Source: an uncultured Gemmatimonadaceae bacterium (lineage in GTDB: Bacteria; Gemmatimonadota; Gemmatimonadetes; Gemmatimonadales; Gemmatimonadaceae). From it: a stretch of DNA of 64,000 bases. Below the pieces are notes generated by a model. That model saw only the letters and a program-made list of their open reading frames with translations. It was not told where the DNA came from and ran no database searches. Where the stretch lies: the NCBI GenBank assembly GCA_963829055.1, contig CAWHHI010000003.1, forward strand, positions 448,001 to 512,000, written 5' to 3'. The position numbers and the translations under genes are program-made. Shown here in pieces: positions 63,627-64,000 of the stretch (its first letter is position 1; every line of letters begins with the position of its first letter).

Positions 63627-64000
63627 GTGACGACGCCCAAGCCGGTGCTCGGGAACATTGTCGCAACGGCAATGTATCGCCTCGCCCCGTTCCGCTCGCG
63701 CCCCTTGGCGGAAGTCACGACAATGGAGTTGGCGATCCGAGATCTGGGCCCAGACCTCGACGGCTACACCATTGTTGCACTCTCGGATTTCCACCACCAC
63801 CCGGCGCTCGTCGATCTCGGCTGGCTCCGCCACGCAGTGGACATCGCGAACGCGTCATCACCGGACCTCATCGCGCTGCTCGGCGACTACGGGTCGTCGT
63901 TCAAGCGAGCGCCGTTGCTGTCACGGCACTGGTATCGCGAAGCGTTGGCCGCAATGGCGCCGGACCTCCGCCGCCTCAAGGCGCGCGACGGCACTGTCGG
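63627..64000 (+). CDS. Calcineurin-like metallophosphoesterase (YkuE-like), partial
   Basis: Hand translation: LDGYTIVALSDFH...PDLIALLGDY; open to the window end. Confidence 0.8.
   Translation, partial: MTTPKPVLGNIVATAMYRLAPFRSRPLAEVTTMELAIRDLGPDLDGYTIVALSDFHHHPALVDLGWLRHAVDIANASSPDLIALLGDYGSSFKRAPLLSRHWYREALAAMAPDLRRLKARDGTV

Overview
A 64 kb high-GC (about two-thirds G+C by eye) core-chromosome segment. Gene content and style suggest Gemmatimonadota (inference only). It lies close to the partitioning locus (mnmG ... two parS, parA, parB, bactofilin). In order it holds: a truncated chaperone-usher-like pilus cluster; a histone H1-like protein; moeB; a Crp/Fnr regulator divergent from a degenerate [FeFe]-hydrogenase/Nar1-fold protein; M28 and M16 peptidases; an argDBC/argRGH cluster with ARG boxes; a cold-shock gene; ispG; uvsE; a plastocyanin-like lipoprotein behind a Rex/CRP-type palindrome; a complete his operon with a His-rich leader-peptide attenuator; murB; TerC; ABC-F; and a nucleoside ABC-transporter operon. 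About eleven genes carry apparent frameshifts, most likely read or assembly errors. The strongest unexplained signal is a non-palindromic octamer, GCCTAACG/CGTTAGGC, found by hand 36 times as a perfect match on both strands versus about 2-3 expected. No CRISPR array, tRNA, rRNA or mobile element was recognised.
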